A stretch of 29,700 nucleotides of DNA, from IMG/VR virus record IMGVR_UViG_3300047669_001396, positions 1-29,700 of that record. The stretch is one strand, 5' to 3'. Shown piece by piece: positions 8,630 through 17,818 of this stretch. Each line of letters opens with the position of its first letter. The stretch's first letter is position 1. This DNA comes from a virus. Its lineage: Duplodnaviria; Caudoviricetes. The position numbers and the translations under genes are program-made. The notes under the pieces are model-generated. The model did no database searches. It saw only the letters and a list, made by a program, of their open reading frames with translations, and was not told where the DNA came from.

Positions 8630-9311
8630 GAAGATTAGGAAACCATTCAGCGGCGCTTTTCGATCCAAGCGGAGTTCCTTGACCGAAGAATTGCAAATAC
8701 GAATAACGTTCCCCAGAGGTTACTGGTGTCACTTCATGGGAACCGATGTAGTTGGATGGATAAAACACCGCAGTTCCAGTGGGTGGGATGAGAGACGAAC
8801 CACCATGGGCGAACTTCAACTCACCCCCGCTGTAACCATCATTCAACGCTATTGACGCAGTTACTACGTTGTGTATGGCGTGTTCGTTCTCCGGGGTTAA
8901 ACCCGGCGTATATTGAACACCATTATCGTGATGACTGCCCATGTGCTGTCCATCCCTGTAGGTAGCAACATGGCCGGGTGACCTCCACCAAACGGAAGAC
9001 GCCACTTCAGGGAATAATTTTACATACTCCAGTAAACACACATGCAGGGCAGCGTCCAATGATTCAACAAAAGACTCATCTTCGCTACTCACACCTTCAG
9101 GAACCAGATTCAAAAACCTACCGGGAGCGGAACGGTATTGATCAGGAGTGAACTTGTACCCACCACGATTGATATAATCGCCGTCTTCATTTACTGTGTA
9201 ATCATCAGGCTCGTTTTCCCGACGACGCTCTAGCCATTCAGATAAAAACTGTTGATCTATCTCTATGACATCGCTAAATACGACGATTCCATTAGTCAGA
9301 TTCTGCTGCAT
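8586..9311 (-). CDS. Prolyl-4-hydroxylase-like 2OG-Fe(II) oxygenase (paralog 4)
   Basis: VWWRSPGH, HHDNG, LNDGYSGGE, YPSNYIGSHEV, GERY. Start reassigned to ATG 9311 (MQQNLTNGIVVF aligns with paralog N-termini). Confidence 0.88.
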   Translation of the reverse strand: MQQNLTNGIVVFSDVIEIDQQFLSEWLERRRENEPDDYTVNEDGDYINRGGYKFTPDQYRSAPGRFLNLVPEGVSSEDESFVESLDAALHVCLLEYVKLFPEVASSVWWRSPGHVATYRDGQHMGSHHDNGVQYTPGLTPENEHAIHNVVTASIALNDGYSGGELKFAHGGSSLIPPTGTAVFYPSNYIGSHEVTPVTSGERYSYLQFFGQGTPLGSKSAAEWFPNLLNVHDQASETEPTE

Positions 9312-9876
9312 CAGTGTCCCGATCAGTATCCGGAGGTGGTGTTTCTTCTGCCATTCGACGCGCTCGGAAAACTTTTGCCGATTCGTCCAGAACGATTCCG
9401 TCAAATGGGGTTCCCTCAAACAGATTCGCTATTAACAGTGCATCATCTCCGTGAAGATAGAACGACCGCTCCGACGTAAAACCATCCGGGCCGGGGATTG
9501 GATAACCATAAATAGCGCCATCCACGAAGGGGAAATCTGCATCGGCCCCCATCTGATTAAATTCAAGCACAAAATTGTCATCGATAAAGTTGGCATCTAC
9601 AAAAATGCCAGTAAAACCTTCTTCAACGGCTTTCTCAAAAACCTTTAATGGCCCCGGCTGCATACAAATCGAAAAGATCACATCGGCTTCTTTGGCCATC
9701 TGAGTAAAAGATTGGACATCCCGCAACCCGGCGTCCAAAGCCCTTTGAGTTGTTTCTTCCGACCGGTTCTCAGACGCCCAGATGACATCGTGACCTTCTC
9801 CAACCAAGACGGCACCAACACTGGAACCCATTTTGCCCGGATGTGTTATTCCTATTTTAAGGGAGTCTGTATCCAT
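9292..9876 (-). CDS. NAD(P)-binding Rossmann domain of 3-hydroxyisobutyrate/6-phosphogluconate dehydrogenase-like type
   Basis: KIGITHPGKMGSSVG...GHDVIWASENRS..T..RA..AGL, ADVIFS, FVDAN, FVDGAI; at 194 aa it apparently lacks the helical C-terminal domain. Confidence 0.8.
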   Translation of the reverse strand: MDTDSLKIGITHPGKMGSSVGAVLVGEGHDVIWASENRSEETTQRALDAGLRDVQSFTQMAKEADVIFSICMQPGPLKVFEKAVEEGFTGIFVDANFIDDNFVLEFNQMGADADFPFVDGAIYGYPIPGPDGFTSERSFYLHGDDALLIANLFEGTPFDGIVLDESAKVFRARRMAEETPPPDTDRDTDAAESD

Positions 9877-10660
9877 TTTCCATATAGACGTTTGTGGCCG
9901 TCTTAGCCAACTCAGGGTCTTTTTGTGGATCTATTACTGATTCACGCACTGCCGGGTTGGGAGTGCCTTGACAGTACCAACCTAGATAAGTATAGCGAAT
10001 ACCCTTACCAACGGGCTGAACCTCATGAGCCGCCACATAGTTAGAAGGGAAGAACAGCATGTCGCCCTTCTTGGGCTTGTAGGAGATGTCCAGATAGGCG
10101 AAGTTATGGTGACCGTCGGTAAAGTTTGTGCCATCCAGTTCCTCTTCGGTGTCCACGCAATCATTCAAATATGCAACAACCGAAACAACATTCCTCGTTG
10201 CCAACTGGTCTACCGGTTCCGGTCTACCGTATTCGTAATCTGTGCTGATATCTGAATGCATCCCTAGATATACCCCCGGAGGGTATGCCACAAGATGGCT
10301 CTTAATCTTCCACCAAATACATTTACCAGCAAGTGGGAACTGATGCAGGTAATACCACAGACACAAGTCTCTGGCCTTTTCGATACTATCCAAAACTTCA
10401 ATTACTTCAGATCGTGTATCTTGATGGGTAGCCGAACCCCTCCATGGCATCTCATCAACTGAATCCTTCTCAAAAAAGTAGCCACTCTTGTTGATGTAGC
10501 CCTCTTCCCCGGTGATCGAATCCACGCCCGGTTCATACATTGTCGCACGCTCAGCGGCAGTTGTCTCATGACAGAACGACCGCATCCACGCCCAATCTAA
10601 TTCGAAAGCGTTTTCATATAGAATCACCCCACCACCCAAATTGGTTATTTCAGGAGTCAT
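9857..10660 (-). CDS. Prolyl-4-hydroxylase-like 2OG-Fe(II) oxygenase (paralog 5)
   Basis: IWWKIKSH, HSD, YLND, FPSNYVAAHEV, GIRY; ATG 10660 forms an ATGA overlap with the upstream stop. Confidence 0.9.
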   Translation of the reverse strand: MTPEITNLGGGVILYENAFELDWAWMRSFCHETTAAERATMYEPGVDSITGEEGYINKSGYFFEKDSVDEMPWRGSATHQDTRSEVIEVLDSIEKARDLCLWYYLHQFPLAGKCIWWKIKSHLVAYPPGVYLGMHSDISTDYEYGRPEPVDQLATRNVVSVVAYLNDCVDTEEELDGTNFTDGHHNFAYLDISYKPKKGDMLFFPSNYVAAHEVQPVGKGIRYTYLGWYCQGTPNPAVRESVIDPQKDPELAKTATNVYMENGYRLP

Positions 10661-11517
10661 TTTGGCCAATACAAAGCGGGTCGCTGATCAAAAAAGGATG
10701 GGTACTCTCTTCTCATCTCTTCCTCCGTCCACCCACTAGACCTTACAAAATCTTCCTCAACGGTTGTCTGCCAGTGAAAATTGGCTTGCGGGTGTTCAAC
10801 AGGATCATAAATCTCCACTAACTCCGCATCAAATTCCCCTAGGGGGCTTCTCATAGGCTCCATTGATCCTTGCCCGAACCAACCCAAGTAAGAAATCCTG
10901 CGACTACCTTCTTTGACCGGAGTCACCTCGTGTGCCCCTAGATAATTGGCCGGAAAACAAAGAACATCACCCCTTTCCGCTGGAATAGTCACACCGGCAT
11001 AAGGGAAATGCATCTCCCCTCCTTCGCAATCATCGACATGCATCGTGGTCGTCAGTACATTTCGTGTGGACAATTCGCACCGTCCAACTATCTGCTCCCT
11101 GTTGGCCCAACTATAACCAACATTATTATCCTGATGCAGCGTCAAACGCCCACCGGGTTCGTAGATCAGAGCGTGCCCCTTATCTCGCCACCATAAAGAA
11201 TGTACCAATAGCGGATATCTTTCCAAATATTCGAGTACCACTTCATAAATGGCGTGTTCAGTAGCAATCCACCACTCTGTGAATTCAACACTTCGGGGAG
11301 GGTCGGGATAATGCGGATGAACTATCGTGGGCATCTCCTTCTGATTCTCCAGCGTGTACTCATCTCCACTGTCCACATGAGTTGCTACGTCTCCGTCGAT
11401 ATTCCAATGCAGATCCCACGATGCCTGACGCATCTCTAACAGTTCTTCAATAATCCAGTCAGGTACCTCTATTGCTTTGCGGGAGACCGACACCCCATTA
11501 GCAAAATGTTCCATCAT
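10657..11517 (-). CDS. Prolyl-4-hydroxylase-like 2OG-Fe(II) oxygenase (paralog 6)
   Basis: LWWRDKGH, HQDNN, EGGEMHF, FPANYLGAHEV, RRISYLGWFGQG. Confidence 0.88.
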   Translation of the reverse strand: MMEHFANGVSVSRKAIEVPDWIIEELLEMRQASWDLHWNIDGDVATHVDSGDEYTLENQKEMPTIVHPHYPDPPRSVEFTEWWIATEHAIYEVVLEYLERYPLLVHSLWWRDKGHALIYEPGGRLTLHQDNNVGYSWANREQIVGRCELSTRNVLTTTMHVDDCEGGEMHFPYAGVTIPAERGDVLCFPANYLGAHEVTPVKEGSRRISYLGWFGQGSMEPMRSPLGEFDAELVEIYDPVEHPQANFHWQTTVEEDFVRSSGWTEEEMRREYPSFFDQRPALYWPK

Positions 11518-12497
11518 TCAATATCACACTTTCCTGCATCAACTAATGTTTCTAGACGTTGGATAACGTTTACTACTAATTCTTTACGTTCATCATTATT
11601 TCCCAAATGATTTATACAAGCATAGACAACATCAATAGCGTGCTGTGCTAACAGATCGGACGGCGGAGGGCTTTCATCCGAATAACGATCCATACCTTGT
11701 TTGAATAAATCCTGCCAACTAAACGGCCTCTCAGTCGGCATGATGGAATTAGGCACAGGACCGATAGTGGAATAGTGCCATTCATGGCCCACATGCTTTG
11801 GCCGTCGCGGCTGACTAAGAATAAAGTCCACTGCTTCACGAACAGTCCACCTACCTCCCCGATGAATAGACTTATCCATCAGCGGCTCTTGAGCAAAGTT
11901 AAAACGAGTCTCAATTAATCCATCACGATCAAAAACAAACTTCTCATATAATCCTGATACTTCTTGAGCAGCACCACCTTCAAAGTGATGTGGCTTTCCC
12001 GCCACCCATTCGCCTGTTTCCGGATCTTGAGACAATGGGCCGTAATCGTTGAAAGCCCTAATCTCATATCCCTTCATATACAAACAAAGCGGATGTTCCG
12101 CTACGAGAGAGTCACCCATCCCAGTGGGATTAATGTTCATTTTTTGTGTAAAAGCAAAGGTCACATAAGGATATTCAGATTCTATAAAGGCTGCGATTTC
12201 CTCATCTTCGCAAGGCTCCTGTTCTCCCAACTGGTTTGTCGGTATCGCTACAACAGAAAAGCCCTTCTCCTCAAACTCTTCATGGAGAACTTGAAGATCC
12301 TGAAACTTCTTATGCGTCCGTTCCATAGACATCTGTTGATCCGTCGCTGCCTCATACCCACACTTGGTTGCCACAGGCAAAAACAAGGTGACCTTATCCC
12401 TGAAGTGTTCCAGCATGTTTTCTTCGCCGTGGATGGACCGCACGGGAATGTCATACACGCCGTTGATTTCTTTAAAACCAATATGTTCATCCATCAT
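11514..12497 (-). CDS. Glutathione-peroxidase-like protein (Cys type) with C-terminal extension
   Basis: VYDIPVRSIHG...KVTLFLPVATKCGY, GFSVVAIPTNQLGEQEP, YEKFVFDRDG. Confidence 0.85.
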   Translation of the reverse strand: MMDEHIGFKEINGVYDIPVRSIHGEENMLEHFRDKVTLFLPVATKCGYEAATDQQMSMERTHKKFQDLQVLHEEFEEKGFSVVAIPTNQLGEQEPCEDEEIAAFIESEYPYVTFAFTQKMNINPTGMGDSLVAEHPLCLYMKGYEIRAFNDYGPLSQDPETGEWVAGKPHHFEGGAAQEVSGLYEKFVFDRDGLIETRFNFAQEPLMDKSIHRGGRWTVREAVDFILSQPRRPKHVGHEWHYSTIGPVPNSIMPTERPFSWQDLFKQGMDRYSDESPPPSDLLAQHAIDVVYACINHLGNNDERKELVVNVIQRLETLVDAGKCDIE

Positions 12498-13383
12498 GGT
12501 GCGTATCTTTCGCTAGGACGTGGGGGCTTGGGCTGTCTAACGAACCACCCCACATTTTGCCCCGTGGTCCCAAATAGTACGGTTTTGAATATCGACCCTC
12601 AACTTTGTCGAACACCCGTTCTTCATAAACCCAACCTCCATAAAAACCATGGATGATACAAGTATTATCCCAAATCAAAAAGTCTCCCTCTGACCAGTCC
12701 CATACGAATTGGTTTTCCAACTGGAACAACTGTCCTTGATAACCCGGCCAACCACCCTCAGACGCTTCTCCGGGGGGAGGGGCATCTCCTCTCATCCATT
12801 GTTTGTATTCATCAAATAGTTCACTCGGACCATCGGAGGGATCACATTCCGGTCCCGTATAAAACAAACTGGTATTCCCCGTTATGGGATGTGTCCGCAG
12901 ACCGGGGTGGTGGGAACCGGAATGCGTTGTTCCATCAGGGTTGTTCACACCTGAACGGTGATGAACCATCAAATCCTGTAAATAATTTATATACTCCTTA
13001 GGACATTTGTCATACAAATCTTCTAGATCAACTAAAACAGTGTTACCTGTTCCTTTTCTTCCTTTCCAAGTATGCATATGCATACTGGTTATATCCGGAC
13101 ACCATTCAAACACGGTATTGTCCATATGCCAATGGCCTATTAAAAAGTCGTCTGGGGTTTCCGCTAATGTTGTCTCAAGGTGCGGGTGGGAAACATCCCA
13201 AAGGGGACCAACCCCGTTACGATCCACGTTTCCAAATTTCTGAATAAGTTCACTTTGCTGTTCTCGGGTCGGACGCAATTCAACAAAACCAAGTTTTCTA
13301 TGCTCAATATATAAATCGTAATAATATTGCATATTATTTAAAACATCATCGACCGTTAAGCCCTCCAACTTGAGACCGCTCAT
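12487..13383 (-). CDS. TauD/TfdA-family dioxygenase
   Basis: WHMDN, GNTVLVD, LRTHPITG..SLF, WSEGDFLIWDNTCIIH, downstream Arg. Confidence 0.88.
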   Translation of the reverse strand: MSGLKLEGLTVDDVLNNMQYYYDLYIEHRKLGFVELRPTREQQSELIQKFGNVDRNGVGPLWDVSHPHLETTLAETPDDFLIGHWHMDNTVFEWCPDITSMHMHTWKGRKGTGNTVLVDLEDLYDKCPKEYINYLQDLMVHHRSGVNNPDGTTHSGSHHPGLRTHPITGNTSLFYTGPECDPSDGPSELFDEYKQWMRGDAPPPGEASEGGWPGYQGQLFQLENQFVWDWSEGDFLIWDNTCIIHGFYGGWVYEERVFDKVEGRYSKPYYLGPRGKMWGGSLDSPSPHVLAKDTHHDG

Positions 13384-14246
13384 AGTGACACCGCCTCCGT
13401 GGAGAACACTACGTCAAGCACGCGCTGCTCTGGAGTGAACCCACCCATAACACAATGCTTCATACAGAACAGATCACTCAACAAAAAATCCCCTTCAGTC
13501 CAATCCCACCAAAACTGATTGTCTGGATCTTCAATTTCCGCAATCAAAATTTTGTCAAAAACTTCTTTCTCCTTTTCCACACCTACACCCGGAATCGGAA
13601 TCCATGCTGTATGGGTATCTATCATGTAGCGCAGCACGGGTTCTCCCGTAATCGGATGAGGCGAAACCGAATCAATAATCGGCGGATGATAATCCAAATC
13701 AGTAAGCCATCGGGATGCCGGACGGTTGTAGGCATTTCTCTCTTCAATGTTTTCCACATTTGCAATAGTGAACTCTCGTTTTCCCATCGCCATTTGTTCT
13801 TTAACTTGCTCCAACTGTTGTTCCATACGAACAAACACATACTCAAAAAGAGTATCGCATTGAACTTTCTTATGCAGTTCAGCCATGTTGACAAAGCCAG
13901 TACGACCATGGCCTTGAGGACAGGAGAATTTTATCATGTTCCAGCCCGCCAAAATGGGAGGACGCTCGTGATCCAAATTCTCCAAATGCCATCGAACTAA
14001 AATTTCTTCAGGGGTGTTGGGCCAACCCTTTCGATTTATCGTCAACGCATGAGTCTCATCGTTTTGCCGATCAGACCAATACCCCAAAGCGGCACATACT
14101 TGCTTGTTCTGTTCCCGACTCAAACCCAATTCAGGAAAACACAACAACTTTGATTCATTTAATAGTTCTTTAAAATACTTAGGATCATCCAAGAAATCAC
14201 TAAAACTGTGACCCGTTAGCACCGTTCCCTGAGTAGTGGCTCCCAT
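13380..14246 (-). CDS. TauD/TfdA-family dioxygenase (HxE variant)
   Basis: WHLEN, GRTGFVNM, HPITGEPVL, WTEGDFLLSDLFCMKH, QRVLD. Confidence 0.85.
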   Translation of the reverse strand: MGATTQGTVLTGHSFSDFLDDPKYFKELLNESKLLCFPELGLSREQNKQVCAALGYWSDRQNDETHALTINRKGWPNTPEEILVRWHLENLDHERPPILAGWNMIKFSCPQGHGRTGFVNMAELHKKVQCDTLFEYVFVRMEQQLEQVKEQMAMGKREFTIANVENIEERNAYNRPASRWLTDLDYHPPIIDSVSPHPITGEPVLRYMIDTHTAWIPIPGVGVEKEKEVFDKILIAEIEDPDNQFWWDWTEGDFLLSDLFCMKHCVMGGFTPEQRVLDVVFSTEAVSL

Positions 14247-15269
14247 TTAGGAACTCCGAATTCCTCTGAGAATTCGCTTGCGCTCCTCCTCGTCGGCAAA
14301 TCCAGCAGCAACACCATTGCCTTTCTCACCACCAACAGGTCGATCATGGTATTTCATGGTGTTAAACGTGACATCCAACCGCCTCTCGTCGGACTGGAAC
14401 CCTCCTGTCACTGAGTGGGCCATTACAAATAGATCTGCCACCAAGAAGTCTCCTTGCGTCCATTCCCACCAAAACTGGTTGTCAGGATTCAAATATATTT
14501 CTTGAAGCAATCTGTCTACTTCTAACCGATCTTTTCCAGAGGAGTAGGTGAAGCAAGTGCCTGTTACGGTTTGCCCCTTCATGCCCTCAAGTGTTGTTTC
14601 TGGTTCTATCACGAAATTGTCTAGATACATCCAATCCAACTCATACCTGAAAACCGGTTCATTTGTTAAAGGATGCGTTTCAATTGCCTTACGGACATGG
14701 GCGTAATAATAATCATCGTTATCACCATGCATCAATTGCCCGTCGGGGCCAACTGCACGTTTGTTTGTGATACATATTTCACGACTTCCGGACTCAACCT
14801 GCTTTTTCGCCTCATCTCCATCTTCGGCTTGACGAACAACCGTAAACTCAAAATCTCTAAGACGATCTACAGTTTCAATCGGTAGACGACTTGTCACTTC
14901 TGCCAAGTTAACAAACCCGGTTCTACCGTGGTGTTTAGAGCAGGTGAATAGTTCCATGCTCCATCCGGCCACTTCCGGAGGATATTGCTGATGCAGATTT
15001 TCCACATGCCACGGAACCAGCAACTCCGAAGGATCGTTTACCCGAAAATCCAAGGCAATAGTATTGCGATGATCTTCCTTATGATGACCGAACACATGGT
15101 ATCCCAATGCGTTGATAACTTGAGGATTCTGATCTTCGGTCAGATTCAACTCACGGAAACAAAGTAATTTATGCTTGAGAAGCAGATCTTTAAAATACTT
15201 AGGATCATCAATAATATCTTCGTATGTGTATCCTTCTAAAACATGACCTGCGGTCGGATTACCAGCCAT
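14247..15269 (-). CDS. TauD/TfdA-family dioxygenase (HxE variant)
   Basis: WHVEN, GRTGFVNL, THPLTNEP, WTQGDFLVADLFVMAH, ERRLD; clear paralog of 13380..14246. Confidence 0.85.
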   Translation of the reverse strand: MAGNPTAGHVLEGYTYEDIIDDPKYFKDLLLKHKLLCFRELNLTEDQNPQVINALGYHVFGHHKEDHRNTIALDFRVNDPSELLVPWHVENLHQQYPPEVAGWSMELFTCSKHHGRTGFVNLAEVTSRLPIETVDRLRDFEFTVVRQAEDGDEAKKQVESGSREICITNKRAVGPDGQLMHGDNDDYYYAHVRKAIETHPLTNEPVFRYELDWMYLDNFVIEPETTLEGMKGQTVTGTCFTYSSGKDRLEVDRLLQEIYLNPDNQFWWEWTQGDFLVADLFVMAHSVTGGFQSDERRLDVTFNTMKYHDRPVGGEKGNGVAAGFADEEERKRILRGIRSS

Positions 15270-15988
15270 TATGGAACATCCAATTTTGGATGACCGTCAT
15301 GCTTGGGACCGATCTGCTCTCCCTTTTCGTTCAAACCGGTGCGGATACTTCCCATCCAAGTCCACGGGTTTTCCTGATTATTCTTGAACTTGACCTCTCC
15401 GTATTCCTGTCGCTCTTCCATCAATTCCGGCCTGTCCCACAAGTGTTCTACTTCAAATTCCACCTCTGACAACAGCGATTCTTCATACACTTGAAAGAAC
15501 ATGAACGGCATTCCCTTAGGAAACGTCACCGGAGTATTCTCTACCGTTATCTTCCAATTCATGTTCCACTCGTCAGGCCACCAATGAGTAGGAATACTGG
15601 CTGTTAAAGGAACCGCTCCATCCACAAAGTAATTAGGCGACCCCGAAATCCAAGTGCTATACCCCGGAGGGGTACCCATCGACCATCCAGTAGCAAACGA
15701 CAAGATCCCTATAATGCTTGGAATCACTACCGCTCGTTCGTACTCCTGTCCATTGACCGTGTGAGTCATCGTCTCTCCGGACAACACCCGTGGAACCGTG
15801 TTGCCACCGTCCCATTGGACCACTACTTCCTGCTGAAGAACCATTTCCCAACCCTGCACATTCGCAGCGCCTAACGGCAAACACTTATATGCATGTTTGT
15901 TGTAAGTGCCATCCATCCAATCCCGCTTCAAACGGGATTGACGAATCTCAGGTGGGTTCTGATGATTCTTTCTAAGAACTACTTTCAT
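15269..15988 (-). CDS. DUF6065-family protein
   Basis: RDWMDGT..KHAYKCLPL..AN..GW, TPPGYS...GSPN, W.P....MNWKIT, F.KG.PF; family recognised from these motifs. Confidence 0.75.
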   Translation of the reverse strand: MKVVLRKNHQNPPEIRQSRLKRDWMDGTYNKHAYKCLPLGAANVQGWEMVLQQEVVVQWDGGNTVPRVLSGETMTHTVNGQEYERAVVIPSIIGILSFATGWSMGTPPGYSTWISGSPNYFVDGAVPLTASIPTHWWPDEWNMNWKITVENTPVTFPKGMPFMFFQVYEESLLSEVEFEVEHLWDRPELMEERQEYGEVKFKNNQENPWTWMGSIRTGLNEKGEQIGPKHDGHPKLDVP

Positions 15989-16464
15989 GTCTTATCACCA
16001 ATTCGCTTTAACTTGACAGTTCCAGAACCAAGAGCAACCAGCCGACCTTTGTTTTCCATACGGGTTGTAACAACAGCAGCACTCTTACTCAGGGATTCAA
16101 TCGTTGAATAAGCGTCACAAATGCCGTCTTCCACGCTCTTCAGATAGTCGATACTGAAATTAGAGGTCGCTACCCAAGTGCCAGCAGGAACAAAGGGGTA
16201 AACAACTAATGGCATAGCCGTGTCCACAAGGGAAGCCAAGCAAGCACCGTGTAGTTGTCCGGTAAACATTAAGTGCTCGTCTTTGACGAGGAACGCGCAA
16301 TGACACACACCATGCACATCATCAATATCTACAATCGCGACCTCAAGCCAAGCAGCGACCCCAGCGGGGAACCCGTTTTCTCCAAACTTGGTCCCAACCA
16401 TATTTTTAATAAATTCAGGATGTTGGACCTCAAACCGCGGATGCGAACTGGATTGGTTCGTCAT
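15985..16464 (-). CDS. PaaI-family (hotdog-fold) thioesterase
   Basis: EHLMFTGQLHGACLASLVDTAM, ATSNFSIDYLKSV, GRLVALGSGT. Confidence 0.85.
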   Translation of the reverse strand: MTNQSSSHPRFEVQHPEFIKNMVGTKFGENGFPAGVAAWLEVAIVDIDDVHGVCHCAFLVKDEHLMFTGQLHGACLASLVDTAMPLVVYPFVPAGTWVATSNFSIDYLKSVEDGICDAYSTIESLSKSAAVVTTRMENKGRLVALGSGTVKLKRIGDKT

Positions 16465-17168
16465 GACGCTGGAAGTATCTGACCGCCCATGTCCCCGGTA
16501 GGCGGAAAGCCATGTCCGGAGGAAGGCGCATAGGTGGTTCCTTGTTGATCCTGATGATTGCGATCGTTGTAGTCGTACATCGTCACCGCTGAATACTTGG
16601 TGCCCTTCGTTACCGGTAAGGAGGCGTGGGCGTAAACGAATGTGGACGGATGCACAATCACATCGTTCTTCTCCGGCAGGAACTTGATGTCCTGATACGG
16701 CAACAGATACTCACCGCCGTCATAGTCATCGTTCAAATAGCCAATTGCCGAAACTGTTGCACTATAAGAAAATCCATGATCAGCATGAATCCCGAAGTGT
16801 TGACCTTCGTTGTACCTGACAAAGTTGGTTGCTTCCTCAAATTCCAAACTAAGGTTGTACAACCCCTGATAGTGAACCATGCACTCCCGTATTCCCGTGA
16901 TTACTTCCCTGTAAATCTCTCCCGCTTCCTTGAAGGCAGGATCGCAAACCGGGAAGTCGCTCTCACGAAATTTGAAATCAGAACAATCTCGGTAGTCCGG
17001 CATCTCTTCCAGATCCCCCACTAATGCCTTCTTCCACGAAAAATATTCATGAGTACTGGCACCGATGCACTCTTCCAAGCGTTCGATAAAATTAGCGTCC
17101 TTCCGCCATACGTTCTTATACAACACGATTGCTGAGGCCGGATGTCCGCAATAACCTGCTATGTCCAT
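16461..17168 (-). CDS. Prolyl-4-hydroxylase-like 2OG-Fe(II) oxygenase
   Basis: FVRYNEGQHFGIHAD, YLNDDYDGGE, HPSTFVYAHASLPVTKGTKYS. Start reassigned to ATG 17168, which follows an AGGAG RBS. Confidence 0.88.
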   Translation of the reverse strand: MDIAGYCGHPASAIVLYKNVWRKDANFIERLEECIGASTHEYFSWKKALVGDLEEMPDYRDCSDFKFRESDFPVCDPAFKEAGEIYREVITGIRECMVHYQGLYNLSLEFEEATNFVRYNEGQHFGIHADHGFSYSATVSAIGYLNDDYDGGEYLLPYQDIKFLPEKNDVIVHPSTFVYAHASLPVTKGTKYSAVTMYDYNDRNHQDQQGTTYAPSSGHGFPPTGDMGGQILPAS

Positions 17169-17797
17169 AACTGCTCCTGTAATCCCGTAATCGTATAAAA
17201 AGATGGTGTTGTCCAACGAGTCCCACTCACAATCGGCTTGACGCCGTGGAGATAGTGGATGTCACCGGGATGTGCAACAGCCATGCCCGGTTCTATTTCT
17301 AGTTCTATCTCATGTTCGGGATAGTAAAACTGCCCGCCCTCAAAATCATTATTCCAATAGATAATAGAATTTATATCATAGGTAGGAAACGGGTTAGGTG
17401 ATCCATCGTTCAACTGTTTGTCCGAATGCGGGGACTGCTCGTTGCCGGGAAGCCATCTCACTAATACGGGTGGGCGCTTATGCAGGGTAACTGCAAATTT
17501 TTCCTCAATGGCAAGTTGCATTTTGTCGATGTACTTATCGACCATTTCATGCATGAACGGGTTGATCCGTTTAAGAATCGCCCCACTGCACATGCGGTCC
17601 CACCAGTAGGACGCATCATAGATGCAAACACCGTTCTCGTCGTATTCAGTTTCTCTGGGATTTTCCCATTCAGAAATGTGCGGAGCGAAGGCGTTCATGT
17701 GTTCAAGATCAATTTTATCAATAAAGTCTCGAATGACCAAGATGTTGTCTTTGGAGGAACCGAAATGACCCGGCTCTACAAGCGATTTCTCTTCCAC
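17159..17797 (-). CDS. Prolyl-4-hydroxylase-like 2OG-Fe(II) oxygenase
   Basis: LVRWLPG..QSPHSD, IIYWNNDFEGGQFY, HPGDIHYLHGVKPIVSGTRWT. Confidence 0.9.
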   Translation of the reverse strand: MEEKSLVEPGHFGSSKDNILVIRDFIDKIDLEHMNAFAPHISEWENPRETEYDENGVCIYDASYWWDRMCSGAILKRINPFMHEMVDKYIDKMQLAIEEKFAVTLHKRPPVLVRWLPGNEQSPHSDKQLNDGSPNPFPTYDINSIIYWNNDFEGGQFYYPEHEIELEIEPGMAVAHPGDIHYLHGVKPIVSGTRWTTPSFYTITGLQEQLWT

Positions 17798-17818
17798 ATC
17801 AGAGACATTACCAGAATT

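Noticed and set aside
12487-16464. Isonitrile lipopeptide (ScoA-E-like) cluster suggested by TauD-like plus thioesterase genes
   Set aside because: No NRPS, ACP or acyl-ACP ligase in the window, and the thioesterase looks PaaI-type.
3740-17818. Shared phage promoter motif in short intergenic gaps (TGaTAATCT near 5857, TGgTAATGT on minus near 17810, TATGCT near 3771)
   Set aside because: Compatible with extended -10 elements but too short and degenerate to call without motif statistics or TSS data.
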